Shown here: positions 1 to 10,431 of the stretch, in pieces | Layout of the letters: every line of letters begins with the position of its first letter | Position numbering within the stretch: position 1 is the first letter of the stretch | Origin: Candidatus Multivorans sp. | Lineage (GTDB): Bacteria > Acidobacteriota > Thermoanaerobaculia > Multivoradales > Multivoraceae | NCBI GenBank assembly: GCA_965247095.1 | Contig: OZ251997.1 | Span: forward strand, 1,728,001 to 1,792,000 | Length of the DNA: 64,000 bases | Reading direction: 5' to 3' | The notes under the pieces: model-generated | Told to the model about the DNA's origin: nothing | Seen by the model: only the letters and a program-made list of their open reading frames with translations | The model's database searches: none | Program-made: the position numbers and the translations under genes

Positions 1-2156
1 AGGACCAGTACGCGGTCATCTTCTACCGGCGCCTGGGCGTCGGCGCCTGGCGGGCCTGGCTGCCAAGCGATAATCTCGGTATCCAGTTGCAACCCGGCGG
101 CCAGCGGACCAGCCTGCCCGGCGCTGGAATCGGCGGGCTCGGCAGAGAGGACCTCGGCGCCGGGTGCAAGGAAGAGGAACTCGGGTACGCCCTCGGCATC
201 ATCAAGATCCTGAATGACTGGGGCGGCATGCTCGGCTTCTTCTACGAGCGAATGATCGGCGAGAAGCTGGAGCCGATCGAGGCGCCCTCGAACGAGTGGC
301 TGCGCACCTTCGAGTCCTACTCCACCGACCTCCCCTCCAGCGCGCCGCAGCTCGAAGCCTCGCTCGATGTGACCTTCCCGGGCCGCAAGGAGAGCCGCAC
401 CGTGGTCCAGACCCTGGTCCAGGTCGAGGCGGCAAGCGCAACACTCGCCGACCTGGCCGGCGCCCGGTCCTATGGCTTCGAACTGATCGGCGAGATCCTG
501 CGCGCGGATGCGGACACCGGTGCCGACCGCCTGTTCGAGAGCTTCCGCTACCGGTTCGAGTTTCCCGTCGAGGAGGCCGATGGCGCGGGCGGCGACGGCG
601 GGCTGCCGGCCATGCCCCTGGTCGCCCAGCGGTACCTGCGACCCGGAGACTTCAAGCTGATCCTGCGCGTCGACGATCTGAACGGGGACGCCGTGTGGCG
701 CCACGCCCAGCCGCTCGAGGTGCCCCGGGTCGAAAAGGCCGCCGGGTGGACGGAAGCCGACCTGGAACCGATCTTCGCCGAAGCGAACCGTTCTCTCGCG
801 AGCGGCGAACCGTCGATCCGGATCATCTCGCCCGGAGGCGACCTCGTCTCCGGCTATCTCCGCTTCGACACCGCGGTCACGGGACCGGTCGACAAGGTGC
901 GGTTCACCCTGGACGACAAGGACCTGTTCATCACCAAGCGGGCGCCCTACAGCGTCGACGTGCGGTTGGGCGAACTGCCCCGCAGCCAGATGCTGCGCGC
1001 CATCGCCTACGACGCCGCGGCCAACCAGATCGCGAGCGACTCGTACCTGATCAACGGCTCCCCCCACCGCTTCGATGTCCGCATCATCGAGCCGATCCCC
1101 GGCAACCGCTACAACGACAGCATCCGCCTGCGCGCTCAGGTCACGGTGCCCGAAGGACGCGGCCTCGAAGAGCTCCAGGTCTTCCGCAACGACGACCAGG
1201 TGGCGACGCTCTACGAAGAGCCCTTCACCGTCCCGATCGAGCTGCCCGACGGGCCGGCGCTGACCATCGTCCGGATCGTCGGCAAGCTGGCGGGCGCCGA
1301 GGGGCCCGCCGCCTTCGTCGAGGACACCGCGATCATCAACGGACCGGCCACCCTCGAAGAACTCCAGGTCGACTTCGTGGAGCTCTACACGACCGTCGAC
1401 GACCGCGAGCGCCGTCCCTTGCTCGACCTCGGGGAGGACGCATTCCAGGTGCTCGAGGACGGCGTGGCGCAGGAGATCGTCCGCTTCGAACGGGTCGACG
1501 ACACGCCGCTCATCGGCACCATCCTGCTCGACGTGTCGGCGTCGATGGAGGAACGCCTGCGGCAGTCCGTCCAGGCCGCCGCCGACTTCTTCCAGCAGGT
1601 AATCACCGAGCGCGACGAACTCTCGATCATCACGTTCAACGACCGTCCCCACCTGGCGGCGCCCTTCACCCGCGACCGGATCGAGTTCGCCAAGGGCCTG
1701 ATGGGCCTGCGCGCCGAGCGCGGCACGGCGCTCTACGACAGCCTCATCTTCACCCTGTACCACCTGAACGGGCTGCCCGGACAGCGCGCGGTGCTACTGC
1801 TCTCCGACGGCGTCGACGAGCACAGCCGCTACGACCTCGACGACGCCCTCGAGTACGCCCGCCGGTCGGAGGCCGCGATCTACGCGATCGGCCTGGCGCT
1901 GCCGCGCAAGGCGAAGGAAAACCCGAGAAGGGTGCTCGAAAAGTTGGCGACCGAGACCGGCGGCCGCGCCTTCTTCGTCGACGACACGAACCAGCTCGGC
2001 GCCGTCTACGACCAGATCGCGCTCGAACTGCGCTCGAAGTACTTCCTCGCCTACCAGTCCTCAAGTACGCAGCCGAGCGACGAGTTCCGCCGGGTCGAGG
2101 TCGTGGTCGACGCCAAGGGCGCGAAGGCGCGGACGATCCGCGGCTACTACCCGTAG
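1..2156 (+). CDS. VWA-domain protein with Ig-like domains, Acidobacteria type (probably GWxTD N-terminus); 5' truncated by window edge
   Basis: Frame is open from base 3 (DQYAVIFYRRLGVG...). MIDAS motif DVSASM, GTALYD and LLSDGVD; C-terminus TIRGYYP. Confidence 0.8.
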   Translation, partial: DQYAVIFYRRLGVGAWRAWLPSDNLGIQLQPGGQRTSLPGAGIGGLGREDLGAGCKEEELGYALGIIKILNDWGGMLGFFYERMIGEKLEPIEAPSNEWLRTFESYSTDLPSSAPQLEASLDVTFPGRKESRTVVQTLVQVEAASATLADLAGARSYGFELIGEILRADADTGADRLFESFRYRFEFPVEEADGAGGDGGLPAMPLVAQRYLRPGDFKLILRVDDLNGDAVWRHAQPLEVPRVEKAAGWTEADLEPIFAEANRSLASGEPSIRIISPGGDLVSGYLRFDTAVTGPVDKVRFTLDDKDLFITKRAPYSVDVRLGELPRSQMLRAIAYDAAANQIASDSYLINGSPHRFDVRIIEPIPGNRYNDSIRLRAQVTVPEGRGLEELQVFRNDDQVATLYEEPFTVPIELPDGPALTIVRIVGKLAGAEGPAAFVEDTAIINGPATLEELQVDFVELYTTVDDRERRPLLDLGEDAFQVLEDGVAQEIVRFERVDDTPLIGTILLDVSASMEERLRQSVQAAADFFQQVITERDELSIITFNDRPHLAAPFTRDRIEFAKGLMGLRAERGTALYDSLIFTLYHLNGLPGQRAVLLLSDGVDEHSRYDLDDALEYARRSEAAIYAIGLALPRKAKENPRRVLEKLATETGGRAFFVDDTNQLGAVYDQIALELRSKYFLAYQSSSTQPSDEFRRVEVVVDAKGAKARTIRGYYP

Positions 2157-2187
2157 AGCCGGCGGCCTGGCGACTCGCAGGCAGGTC

Positions 2188-2781
2188 ATGACCCGGACCC
2201 GCTGCAACTGGGTAAACGACGATGCGCTCTACGTCGCCTACCACGACGAGGAATGGGGGGTGCCGGTCCGCAACGACCGCCGGCTCTACGAAATGCTGGT
2301 GCTCGAGGGCGCCCAGGCCGGTCTGAGCTGGTACACGATTCTGAGGAAGCGCGAGGGGTACCGGCGCGCGTTCCACGGGTTCGATCCGGAACGGATCGCG
2401 CGCTATGACGAGAAGAAGGTCGCGTCGCTCCTCGAAGACCCAGGGATCGTCCGCAATCGCCTCAAGGTGCGTGCCGCGATTGGCAACGCCCGCGCGTGGT
2501 TGGAACTGCGCGAGTCGGACATGGGGTTCTCGGACTTCCTGTGGGAGTTCAGCGGCGGCGCGCCCGTGGTCAACGCCTGGCGACGGCTCGAAGATGTCCC
2601 CGCCCAAACACCCGCTTCCGAGGCGATGAGCAAAGCGCTCAAGAAGCGCGGATTCCGCTTCGTCGGCCCCACGATCTGCTACGCCTTCATGCAGGCCGTG
2701 GGGATGGTGAACGATCACACAACGTCGTGCTTTCGCTGGCAGGAATGCAAGGACCTGGCAGCAGTGGAGGACACGCACTGA
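2188..2781 (+). CDS. tag: DNA-3-methyladenine glycosylase I
   Basis: RCNW, YHDEEWG, LEGAQAGLSW, IVRNRLK, GFRFVGPT and NDH..SC motifs. Confidence 0.95.
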   Translation: MTRTRCNWVNDDALYVAYHDEEWGVPVRNDRRLYEMLVLEGAQAGLSWYTILRKREGYRRAFHGFDPERIARYDEKKVASLLEDPGIVRNRLKVRAAIGNARAWLELRESDMGFSDFLWEFSGGAPVVNAWRRLEDVPAQTPASEAMSKALKKRGFRFVGPTICYAFMQAVGMVNDHTTSCFRWQECKDLAAVEDTH

Positions 2782-4022
2782 AGCTGCCAACAGGCTTGGC
2801 ATTCGCCCTTTCCGCGGTAGCGGCCGCGCACGCCGGCGACTGGCCCCAGTTCCGGGGGCCGACCGGGCAGGGACACGCTCCCGGCGAGGCGGTTCCCCTG
2901 ACCTGGAGCGAGACGGAGAACGTCGCCTGGAAGACACCGGTTCCCGGGCGCGGCTGGTCCTCTCCCGTGATCGCCGATGGCCTGGTCTGGCTGACCACCG
3001 CGGTCACCGACCGCGACGCCGGCACGACTTCGCTTCGGCTGCTGGCCTACGACGTGAGCAGCGGCGATGCCGCGATGGATGTCGAGGTCTTCGGTGTCGA
3101 CGCCACCACGCTCCTGAACCAGAAGAACAGCTTCGCCTCGCCGACGCCGGTGATCGATGCGGACGGTGAGCGGATCTACGTCCACTTCGGCACCCGGGGC
3201 ACGGCGGCGGTCGCCGCCGGCGGCGAGGCGCCGGGCGAGGTCCTGTGGCGGACCCGCTTCCCCTACACCTCGCAGCACGGCAACGGCGGCTCGCCGATCC
3301 TGCACGGGGATTTGCTCATCGTGAGCATCGACGGCTACGACACCGCCTTCCTGGTCGCCGTAGACGCACAGAGCGGCGAAGAGCGCTGGCGCTCGGTGCG
3401 GCCTTCGCCGATCTCCCAGGCCTACTCGACGCCGCTCGCCATCCGGGTCGGCGACAGCCAGCAGATCGTGAACGTGAGCGCGTTTCGGGCCACCGCGCAC
3501 GAGCCGGCGACCGGCCGCGAGATCTGGCGGGTCGAGTATCCGGGCGGCTTCTCCAATGTCCCTCGGCCGGTCCATGGCCACGGGCTGGTCTATCTCTCGA
3601 CCGGCTTCAATGAGCCGATCCTGCTCGCCGTCAGCCCAGACGGCACAGGCAACGTCACGGACAGCCACGTCGCCTGGCGGCGCCGGCGCGGCGCCCCGCT
3701 CACGGTCTCGCCGATCCTGGTCGGGGACGAGCTGTACACCGTGACCGACTCCGGCATCGCGACCTGCATCGATGCCCTGTCCGGCCAGATCCACTGGCAG
3801 CAGCGCCTCGGTGGCAACCACTCCGCCTCGCCGGTCTTCGCCGGAGGACGGATCTACTCCCAGAACGAAGAAGGGGTGACGACCGTGATCGCGCCCGGCC
3901 CTAAGTTCGAGCAGTTGGCGCGCAACGAACTCGACGGCTCGACCCTCGCCTCGATCGCCGTCTCTGACGGCGCCCTGTTCATCCGCACCGGTACGCACCT
4001 GTACCGGATCGAGGAACAGTGA
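2778..4022 (+). CDS. Secreted PQQ-like beta-propeller repeat protein (BamB-like)
   Basis: Signal peptide ending AAAHAG followed by DWPQFRGP, GWSSPV and repeated TG..IW propeller motifs. Probable CTG start overlapping the tag stop (CTGA), with GGAGG upstream. Confidence 0.8.
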   Translation: MKLPTGLAFALSAVAAAHAGDWPQFRGPTGQGHAPGEAVPLTWSETENVAWKTPVPGRGWSSPVIADGLVWLTTAVTDRDAGTTSLRLLAYDVSSGDAAMDVEVFGVDATTLLNQKNSFASPTPVIDADGERIYVHFGTRGTAAVAAGGEAPGEVLWRTRFPYTSQHGNGGSPILHGDLLIVSIDGYDTAFLVAVDAQSGEERWRSVRPSPISQAYSTPLAIRVGDSQQIVNVSAFRATAHEPATGREIWRVEYPGGFSNVPRPVHGHGLVYLSTGFNEPILLAVSPDGTGNVTDSHVAWRRRRGAPLTVSPILVGDELYTVTDSGIATCIDALSGQIHWQQRLGGNHSASPVFAGGRIYSQNEEGVTTVIAPGPKFEQLARNELDGSTLASIAVSDGALFIRTGTHLYRIEEQ

Positions 4023-4055
4023 TCGAGGTCAGGGCGCTGCTGTATACTGCGCTGT

Positions 4056-4301
4056 ATGTCCGCAACACGCACCCAGATCTACCTGCAACCGCTCCAGCGC
4101 CAGAGACTGGACGAGATCGCCGGCTCGCGAGGATTGAGTCTCGCGTCGATCGTCCGCGAGGCCGTCGACCTCTACCTTGCCAAGGCTCCAGTCGACCCGA
4201 CGACGGCGCTCAGGAACACCTTCGGCGCCGCCCCTGACGCTGCGGCGCCGAGCCGTGAGGAATGGGAGACGCGATTCGAGAGACTGAACCTCACCGAGTG
4301 A
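4056..4301 (+). CDS. vapB: Ribbon-helix-helix (CopG-like) antitoxin
   Basis: RTQIYL...LDEIA..RGLSLASIVREAVDLYL; directly upstream of a PIN gene; TATACT 7 nt before the ATG. Confidence 0.8.
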   Translation: MSATRTQIYLQPLQRQRLDEIAGSRGLSLASIVREAVDLYLAKAPVDPTTALRNTFGAAPDAAAPSREEWETRFERLNLTE

Positions 4302-4305
4302 TCCG

Positions 4306-4665
4306 GTGGCTGACTTTCTCATCGATACGGACGTCTTCATCGACCATCTGCGTGGCTTCCGGGAACTGACGCCAGGCCGGGACAGGCTCCACTACTCGGT
4401 CATCACTCGCTGCGAGTTGCTCTCGGGAACCGACGGCTCGGCCCTCGTTCATCAACTCCTCAGCCCATTCCGGGAGGTGGAGGTTGACCGCAATGTGGCC
4501 GAGCGGGCCGGCCGGATCCGCCGCGAAACCCGCATCGCGATACCCGACGCCCTGATCGCGGCCACTGCGATCGGGCACAGACTGACGCTCATGACCCGCA
4601 ACCGCAAGCACTTCGAATCCGTTCGGCAGTTGCGGATCCGACCTCCGAAAGGGGAACCCTCGTAG
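4306..4665 (+). CDS. vapC: PIN-domain toxin
   Basis: LIDTDVFID, ELLSG, DALIAATA and TRNRKHF PIN motifs. Confidence 0.9.
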   Translation: MADFLIDTDVFIDHLRGFRELTPGRDRLHYSVITRCELLSGTDGSALVHQLLSPFREVEVDRNVAERAGRIRRETRIAIPDALIAATAIGHRLTLMTRNRKHFESVRQLRIRPPKGEPS

Positions 4666-4667
4666 CC

Positions 4668-6122
4668 ATGGTCAACTCATTCGGGACTGTCGCAAGGGCC
4701 GCCAGTGCGGCCCTGATCGCGCTTCTGATCGCACCGGCGTGGTCGAAAACCCAGACCGCCGACGCCGCCGGCCATTGGGAGGGCTCGATCGAGATCCCCG
4801 GCCAGCCACTCGTTGTCCAGGTCGACCTGGAAGAGAGCGGCGGCATGTGGTCGGGAACGATCGACATTCCCGCCCAGGGGGCCGACGATCTTCCGCTCTT
4901 CGACGTTTCGGTCGACGGCGAGGCGGTTCGCTTCGCGATCAGCGGCGTCCCCGGCGAACCGACTTTCGAGGGCATGCTGACCGGCGCCGAGATCTCGGGC
5001 GAGTTCCGTCAGGGCCCGGCCCGACTCCCGTTCAAGCTCGGCCGCGAGGCGGTGGAAGTCGAAGCGCCGCCAAGACCCCAGGAGCCGAAGCCGCCCTTCC
5101 CCTACGACGCTGAGGAAGTCGAATACGAGAACGAGGACGTGACGATCGCCGGCACCCTGACCCTGCCGCCCGGCGGGGGGAAGGTCCCCGCCGCGCTGTT
5201 GATCTCGGGCAGCGGTGCGCTGAACCGCGATCTCGAACTCTTCGGCCACAAGAGCTTCCTGGTGCTCGCCGACCACCTGACGCGGCTCGGCATCGCGGTG
5301 CTGCGGGTCGACGACCGGGGCGTCGGGGGTTCGAGCGGCAGCACCTCGCAATCGACATCGAGGGACAAGGCGGCCGACGTCCTGGCCGGCGTCCGCTTCC
5401 TGCGCGGCCACGGCCGCATCGATCCGGAGCGCGTGGGCCTCATCGGCATCTCCGAGGGGGGCCTGGTCGCGCCGCTGGCGCTCAACCGCGTCGAGCCCGG
5501 CACCATCGCGTTCACCGTTCTGCTGGCCGGCCCGGGCGTTCCCGGCGGCGACCTGCTGAGGCAGCAACTCCGGCGAATCGCGGCCGCGAACGGCGCCACG
5601 GCGGAGATGATCGAGGAACTCGCCGCCCTGCAGGGCCGGGCGCTCCAGATCATCGGCTCTGGAATGCCCCCCGCGGAGGCCGAGGCGGCGCTGCGAGAGG
5701 TCGTCGCCGAGCAGTTGGCCGCTTCGCCCGAGACGGCGCAACTGAGCGGTGACGCTTTGGAATCCGCCGTGTCCGCGGCGGTCGAGTCCAACCTCACTCC
5801 CTGGTTCCGGTTCTTCATCCGCTACGACCCGGGGCCCGCTCTCGGCGGCCTCGCCGTGCCCACGCTGGCGTTGTTCGGCGGCAAGGACACGCAGGTGGAC
5901 GCCGACCAGAACCAGACCGCCATGGAGGCGGCGTTCGCCGCCTCCGCGAACAGGGACATCGCGGTGCGCCGCTTCCCCGGCCTGAACCACCTGTTCCAGA
6001 CCGCCGGCACCGGCTCGCCCGCCGAGTACGGGACAATCGAGGAGACGATGGCGCCCGAAGCGCTCGAGACGATCAGCGGCTGGATTCTGGAGCGCTTCGG
6101 CGACCAGGAGCCTGCGCCGTAG
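4668..6122 (+). CDS. Secreted alpha/beta-fold hydrolase
   Basis: Signal peptide; RPQEPKPPFPY, DDRGVG, GISEGG nucleophile elbow, GGKD.QV and LNHLFQ. Confidence 0.85.
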   Translation: MVNSFGTVARAASAALIALLIAPAWSKTQTADAAGHWEGSIEIPGQPLVVQVDLEESGGMWSGTIDIPAQGADDLPLFDVSVDGEAVRFAISGVPGEPTFEGMLTGAEISGEFRQGPARLPFKLGREAVEVEAPPRPQEPKPPFPYDAEEVEYENEDVTIAGTLTLPPGGGKVPAALLISGSGALNRDLELFGHKSFLVLADHLTRLGIAVLRVDDRGVGGSSGSTSQSTSRDKAADVLAGVRFLRGHGRIDPERVGLIGISEGGLVAPLALNRVEPGTIAFTVLLAGPGVPGGDLLRQQLRRIAAANGATAEMIEELAALQGRALQIIGSGMPPAEAEAALREVVAEQLAASPETAQLSGDALESAVSAAVESNLTPWFRFFIRYDPGPALGGLAVPTLALFGGKDTQVDADQNQTAMEAAFAASANRDIAVRRFPGLNHLFQTAGTGSPAEYGTIEETMAPEALETISGWILERFGDQEPAP

Positions 6123-6203
6123 AACGCAGCGAAGAAAGTAGACTCCCCGCCCGTCGGCCAGGCGCTCCGCGGCCCACGAACGACGACGAGAGATAGGCGC
6201 CCA

Positions 6204-6527
6204 ATGCCCAAGATCACCTACATCGCCCAGGACGGCAGCTCGCGCGTCATCGAAGCGCCGGTGGGGGGCACCGTGATGGAGAGTGCGCTCGACAATGACG
6301 TGGACGGCATCGTCGCCATCTGCGGCGGTTCCTGCTCCTGCAGCACCTGCCACGTCTACGTCGACGAAGCGTGGATCGAGGCCGTCGGTCCGCGTCATGT
6401 CGAAGAGGACTTCGTCCTCGAGCAGGGCATCGACGTGCGCCCCAACAGCCGTCTGAGTTGCCAGATCGACGTGACCGAAGCCCTCGACGGCCTCGTCGTC
6501 CACCTGCCCGCCGAACAGGCCGACTAG
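6204..6527 (+). CDS. 2Fe-2S ferredoxin (adrenodoxin/putidaredoxin type)
   Basis: CGGSCSCSTCHV and SRLSCQI. Confidence 0.92.
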   Translation: MPKITYIAQDGSSRVIEAPVGGTVMESALDNDVDGIVAICGGSCSCSTCHVYVDEAWIEAVGPRHVEEDFVLEQGIDVRPNSRLSCQIDVTEALDGLVVHLPAEQAD

Positions 6528-6580
6528 CCGCAGTCGACCCGGCTCGCTCAACGAACCCGATCCGAAGGAGACACCCCGCC

Positions 6581-7249
6581 ATGGCCCTCGAACTCACCTT
6601 TCTCGGTCATTCCGGCTTCCTGTTCCGCTCTGGCGAGCACACGCTCGCGGTCGACCCCTTCCTCACCGGCAATCCGGTGGCCACGATCGGAGCCGGGGAT
6701 GTCGAGTGCGGAACCATCGCCCTGACCCACGGCCACTCCGACCACTTCGGCGACACGCTCGCCATCGCCCAGGCCAACAACGCGAACGTCATCGCCGCGT
6801 TCGAGATGTGCAACTACCTGCAGGAGTTGGGTCACGACAACGTGAATCCCGGCAACCCCGGCGGCAGGATCGACACCGAGTTCGGGTGGGTCGCGTTCAC
6901 CCACGCATTCCACTCGTCCTCGTACGAAGGCCGGTACATGGGCATGCCCTGCGGCCTCGTCGTCCATATGGGCGGCAAGACCGTCTACCACTGCGGCGAC
7001 ACCGGCCTGTTCGGCGACATGAAGCTGATCGGCGAGATCTACCGGCCCGACGCCACCTGCGTGCCGATCGGCGACCGCTTCACGATGGGCCCGGAGCTAG
7101 CCACCCGGGCCGCCGAGATGATCGGCGCGCCGGTCGCGATTCCGATCCACTACGGCACCTGGCCGCCGATCGCGCAGGACCCAAGCCACTTCGCGCCCGC
7201 CGGCGTCGAAGTCAAGGTGATGGCGCCGGGCGGTACGCTAACGATCTGA
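6581..7249 (+). CDS. Metallo-beta-lactamase-fold metal-dependent hydrolase (UPF0173-like)
   Basis: FLGHS, THGHSDHFGD, HSSS, YHCGDT and PIHYGTW; ATG 6581 with GAAGGAG RBS. Confidence 0.9.
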   Translation: MALELTFLGHSGFLFRSGEHTLAVDPFLTGNPVATIGAGDVECGTIALTHGHSDHFGDTLAIAQANNANVIAAFEMCNYLQELGHDNVNPGNPGGRIDTEFGWVAFTHAFHSSSYEGRYMGMPCGLVVHMGGKTVYHCGDTGLFGDMKLIGEIYRPDATCVPIGDRFTMGPELATRAAEMIGAPVAIPIHYGTWPPIAQDPSHFAPAGVEVKVMAPGGTLTI

Positions 7250-7332
7250 CCACGCGCTCCCACTTCTGCGCCGCGGCCGCGATCCGACCGCAACAAGCGC
7301 CACACCGTTCCGTAAAAGGAACCTGACAGCCC

Positions 7333-8187
7333 ATGCTTCTGTTCGACCATGTCAGCAAGTGCTTCGGCGACCTGCGCGCGGTCGACGACCTGTCGTTCGA
7401 GCTCGAGGCCGGCGAGGTGTTCGGGCTCCTGGGGCCCAACGGCGCCGGCAAGACGACCGCGATCAACATGGCGGTCGGCCTGCTCAAGCCGGACGAAGGC
7501 GTGGTCCGCTTCCTCGGCCCGACGATCGACCTGGACCCCACCGAGGCGAGCAACCGCCGGGCGCTGGGGCTGGCGCCGCAGTCGATCGCCCTCTACGAGG
7601 AGCTCAGCGCCGCCGACAACCTGCGTTTCTTCGGCCGCCTGCACCGCCTTAGGGGATCCGAGCTGGACGACCGGGTCGCCGCCTGTCTCGACTTTGCCGA
7701 TCTGACGGACGTCGGGAAGAAATCCGTCTCCAAGTACTCCGGGGGCATGAAGCGCCGCCTGAACCTGGCGGTCGCCATCATCCACGACCCGGACCTGGTG
7801 CTGCTCGACGAACCGACGGTCGGTGTCGACCCCCAATCGAGGAACGCGATCTTCGATCGCGTCGAGCAGCTCCGGGACGATGGCAAGCACATTGTCTACA
7901 CGACCCACTACATGGAAGAGGCGCAGCGCCTCTGCGACCGGGTCGCGATCATCGATCACGGCCGGCTGATGGCGCTCGACCGCGTGCCGGCGCTGATCGA
8001 GGCGCACGGCGGTCCGGGCAACCTCGTGGTCCACACCCGAGACGGCGAGAGCATCCATGAGACGACGGACCCCCTGAGGACGCTCGCCGAACTCCAGGAA
8101 CGGCAGACGGTCGAGCACTTCCAGTACCGCCCGCCCAACCTCGAAACCGTGTTCCTGAACCTCACCGGCCGCGCGCTGCGAGACTAG
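7333..8187 (+). CDS. ABC exporter ATP-binding subunit
   Basis: GPNGAGKT, YSGGMKRR and LLDEPT. Confidence 0.92.
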   Translation: MLLFDHVSKCFGDLRAVDDLSFELEAGEVFGLLGPNGAGKTTAINMAVGLLKPDEGVVRFLGPTIDLDPTEASNRRALGLAPQSIALYEELSAADNLRFFGRLHRLRGSELDDRVAACLDFADLTDVGKKSVSKYSGGMKRRLNLAVAIIHDPDLVLLDEPTVGVDPQSRNAIFDRVEQLRDDGKHIVYTTHYMEEAQRLCDRVAIIDHGRLMALDRVPALIEAHGGPGNLVVHTRDGESIHETTDPLRTLAELQERQTVEHFQYRPPNLETVFLNLTGRALRD

Positions 8188-8213
8188 GCGCGCACAAGCG
8201 CCAGGAGAAAGCC

Positions 8214-9491
8214 GTGAGAACCATCGTCGCCATGGCCGCGAAGGACATCAAGATCCTCTTCCGGGACAAGATGGGCTTCTTCTTCACAGTGTTCTTCCCG
8301 CTGATGATGGCGATCTTCTTCGGCGCCATGTTCGCCAACCTGAGCCGCGGGCCGGAGAGCATCCCTGTCGCCCTCGTCGACGAGGACCGGACTTCCGGTT
8401 CGCAGCGCTTCATCGCCAGGCTCGAAGCCGCAGGCGGGCTCGATCTGGAGCAAATCCCGCGCGAGCAGGCCCTCGATCAGGTGCGCCGGGGCCAGACCGG
8501 GGTCATGGTCACCCTGGCTCCCGGATTCGGGGCCGCGCTGGACAACCCATTCCGTACCACTCCCCAGATCGAACTCACCGTCGATCCCACTCAGTTCGCC
8601 GCCGCGGGGATGACCCGCGGCATTCTGCTCGAGGCCGCGGGAGCGGAGTTGCAGGCGCTGATGAGCGACCCCTCACGACTACAGGCAACGAACGACCAGA
8701 ACAGCCGCTTCATCGAGCAGTTGCCCCCCTCCCCCGCCCGCGACGACTTCCTGACCTTCCTCGACCTCACGCCGCGCATCTCGTCCCTGATCGACGAGCT
8801 CGGTCTGGACGCCCTCACGACCGACGCCACGACCGGTTTCGGCCCCCCTCTCGAGGTCGAACAGACCGCAGTCCAGGCGGAGCAACGCGGGCCGACCAAC
8901 TCCTACGCAACCTCCTTCGCGCAGGCGATGCTCTGGACCCTGATCGGTGGAACGGTGTCCTTCAGCATCTCGATTGCAATCGAGCGCAGCCGCGGCACGC
9001 TGATGCGACTGCTCGTGTCCCCGATCACGACCCGCCACCTCCTTGCCGCCAAGGGGCTGGCCTGTCTGGCCACGGTGCTGACCACGAGTACCGCCCTGAT
9101 CGCGCTCGGGATCACCGTCTTCGGTGTGAGACCCACCTCCTACCCATTGCTGGCACTGGCGCTCCTCAGCGGTTCGATCTGCTTCTGCGGCATCATGATG
9201 GCCTTGAGCGTGATCGGTCGCACGGAACAGGCAGCGGCCGGAGTCGGTTGGGGCCTCGCGCTCCCGTTCTCCATGCTCGGCGGCGGCATGGTGCCGCTGT
9301 TCCTGATGCCGGAGTGGATGCAGCGGCTCGGCAACATCAGCCCGATGAAGTGGGCGCTGATCGCGTACGAGGGCGCGATCTGGCGCGGCTTCACGCTCAA
9401 CGAGATGCTGCTGCCCTGCGCCGTGCTGGTGGTCCTCGGCGTCGTCGCCTTCTCCATCGGCGCCAGGTTCCTGCGCTGGGAGACCGGTTGA
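8214..9491 (+). CDS. ABC-2 type transporter permease
   Basis: N-terminal TM helix, extracytoplasmic loop, ERSRGTLMRL motif and about 5 C-terminal TM helices. Confidence 0.88.
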   Translation: MRTIVAMAAKDIKILFRDKMGFFFTVFFPLMMAIFFGAMFANLSRGPESIPVALVDEDRTSGSQRFIARLEAAGGLDLEQIPREQALDQVRRGQTGVMVTLAPGFGAALDNPFRTTPQIELTVDPTQFAAAGMTRGILLEAAGAELQALMSDPSRLQATNDQNSRFIEQLPPSPARDDFLTFLDLTPRISSLIDELGLDALTTDATTGFGPPLEVEQTAVQAEQRGPTNSYATSFAQAMLWTLIGGTVSFSISIAIERSRGTLMRLLVSPITTRHLLAAKGLACLATVLTTSTALIALGITVFGVRPTSYPLLALALLSGSICFCGIMMALSVIGRTEQAAAGVGWGLALPFSMLGGGMVPLFLMPEWMQRLGNISPMKWALIAYEGAIWRGFTLNEMLLPCAVLVVLGVVAFSIGARFLRWETG

Positions 9492-9495
9492 TCCC

Positions 9496-10419
9496 TTGGC
9501 CGGCTCCCTGCTCGTCATCGGCTCGGTCAACTACGACCTCATCTTCCGGCATCCGCGGCTGCCCAGGAAGGGCGAGACCATCGCCGGCGCGGAGCTGTTC
9601 GAATCCTGCGGCGGCAAGGGCGCCAACCAGGCCGTCGCCGCCGTCCGCTGCCGCGGCGGTCTCGGCGAGGCAGCGGGCGCCGTCTCCTTCGTCGGCGCCG
9701 TCGGCAACGACGCCCACGGCAACGCCCAGCGCAGCGTGTTCGCCGAGGACGACCTCAATACCCGACGTCTGCTCGTCCTCGACGACATCCACACCGGCCT
9801 GTCCGCGGTCTGGGTCGAGGCCGGCAGCGGCGACAACCGAATCATGAACTCACCCGGGGCGAACAGCCGCCTGACCGCGGACGCCCTGGCTAAGGTCCCG
9901 ATCGAGGAAGCGGGGCTTCTGCTGATCCAGAACGAGACCCCGGCGGACGGCGTCCGCAGCGCTGTGGCGCGTGCCGCCGGCGCCGGCGTGCCGGTGATCT
10001 GGAACCCGGCGCCCATCGACGAGCAGAACGACCCGGGCCTCGACCCGGGGCAGATCGCCTGGGTCACTCCGAACGAAGTCGAGTGCGCGGTCCTTCTTGG
10101 CCGACCCGGCGAGCGGATCGATGCCGGCACCGCCGCGGACGCCGCCACGGAGCTGCTGGCGATGGGCTACGGCGCCGCCGCCCTGACTCTCGGCCCGGCA
10201 GGCGTGATGCTGGCGGAAGCGGGATCGGCGCCGACCCTGGTCCCCGCGCCCGAGGTGGAAGCAGTCGACACGACCGGCGCCGGCGACGCCTTCAACGGCG
10301 CTTTCGCCGCTGCCCTGCTCACCTCCGCGACCAGTACCGACGCCGCCGCCTTCGCCGTCCGCTACGCGAGCGACTCGGTGACCCGGCACGGGACGCAGAC
10401 CTCCTTCGCCCGCTGGTAG
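9496..10419 (+). CDS. rbsK: Ribokinase / PfkB-family sugar kinase
   Basis: GSVNYD, GGKGANQAVA, NPAP, PNEVE and DTTGAGDAFNG. Confidence 0.8.
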   Translation: MAGSLLVIGSVNYDLIFRHPRLPRKGETIAGAELFESCGGKGANQAVAAVRCRGGLGEAAGAVSFVGAVGNDAHGNAQRSVFAEDDLNTRRLLVLDDIHTGLSAVWVEAGSGDNRIMNSPGANSRLTADALAKVPIEEAGLLLIQNETPADGVRSAVARAAGAGVPVIWNPAPIDEQNDPGLDPGQIAWVTPNEVECAVLLGRPGERIDAGTAADAATELLAMGYGAAALTLGPAGVMLAEAGSAPTLVPAPEVEAVDTTGAGDAFNGAFAAALLTSATSTDAAAFAVRYASDSVTRHGTQTSFARW

Positions 10420-10431
10420 TAGCGTAGCGCC

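Noticed and set aside
296-2191. Long alternative-frame and antisense ORFs throughout the window (e.g. 296..2191, 13162..15660, 54612..56606, 59662..62637)
   Set aside because: Arg/Pro/Gly-rich shadow ORFs expected at high GC; they overlap genes with clear family motifs.
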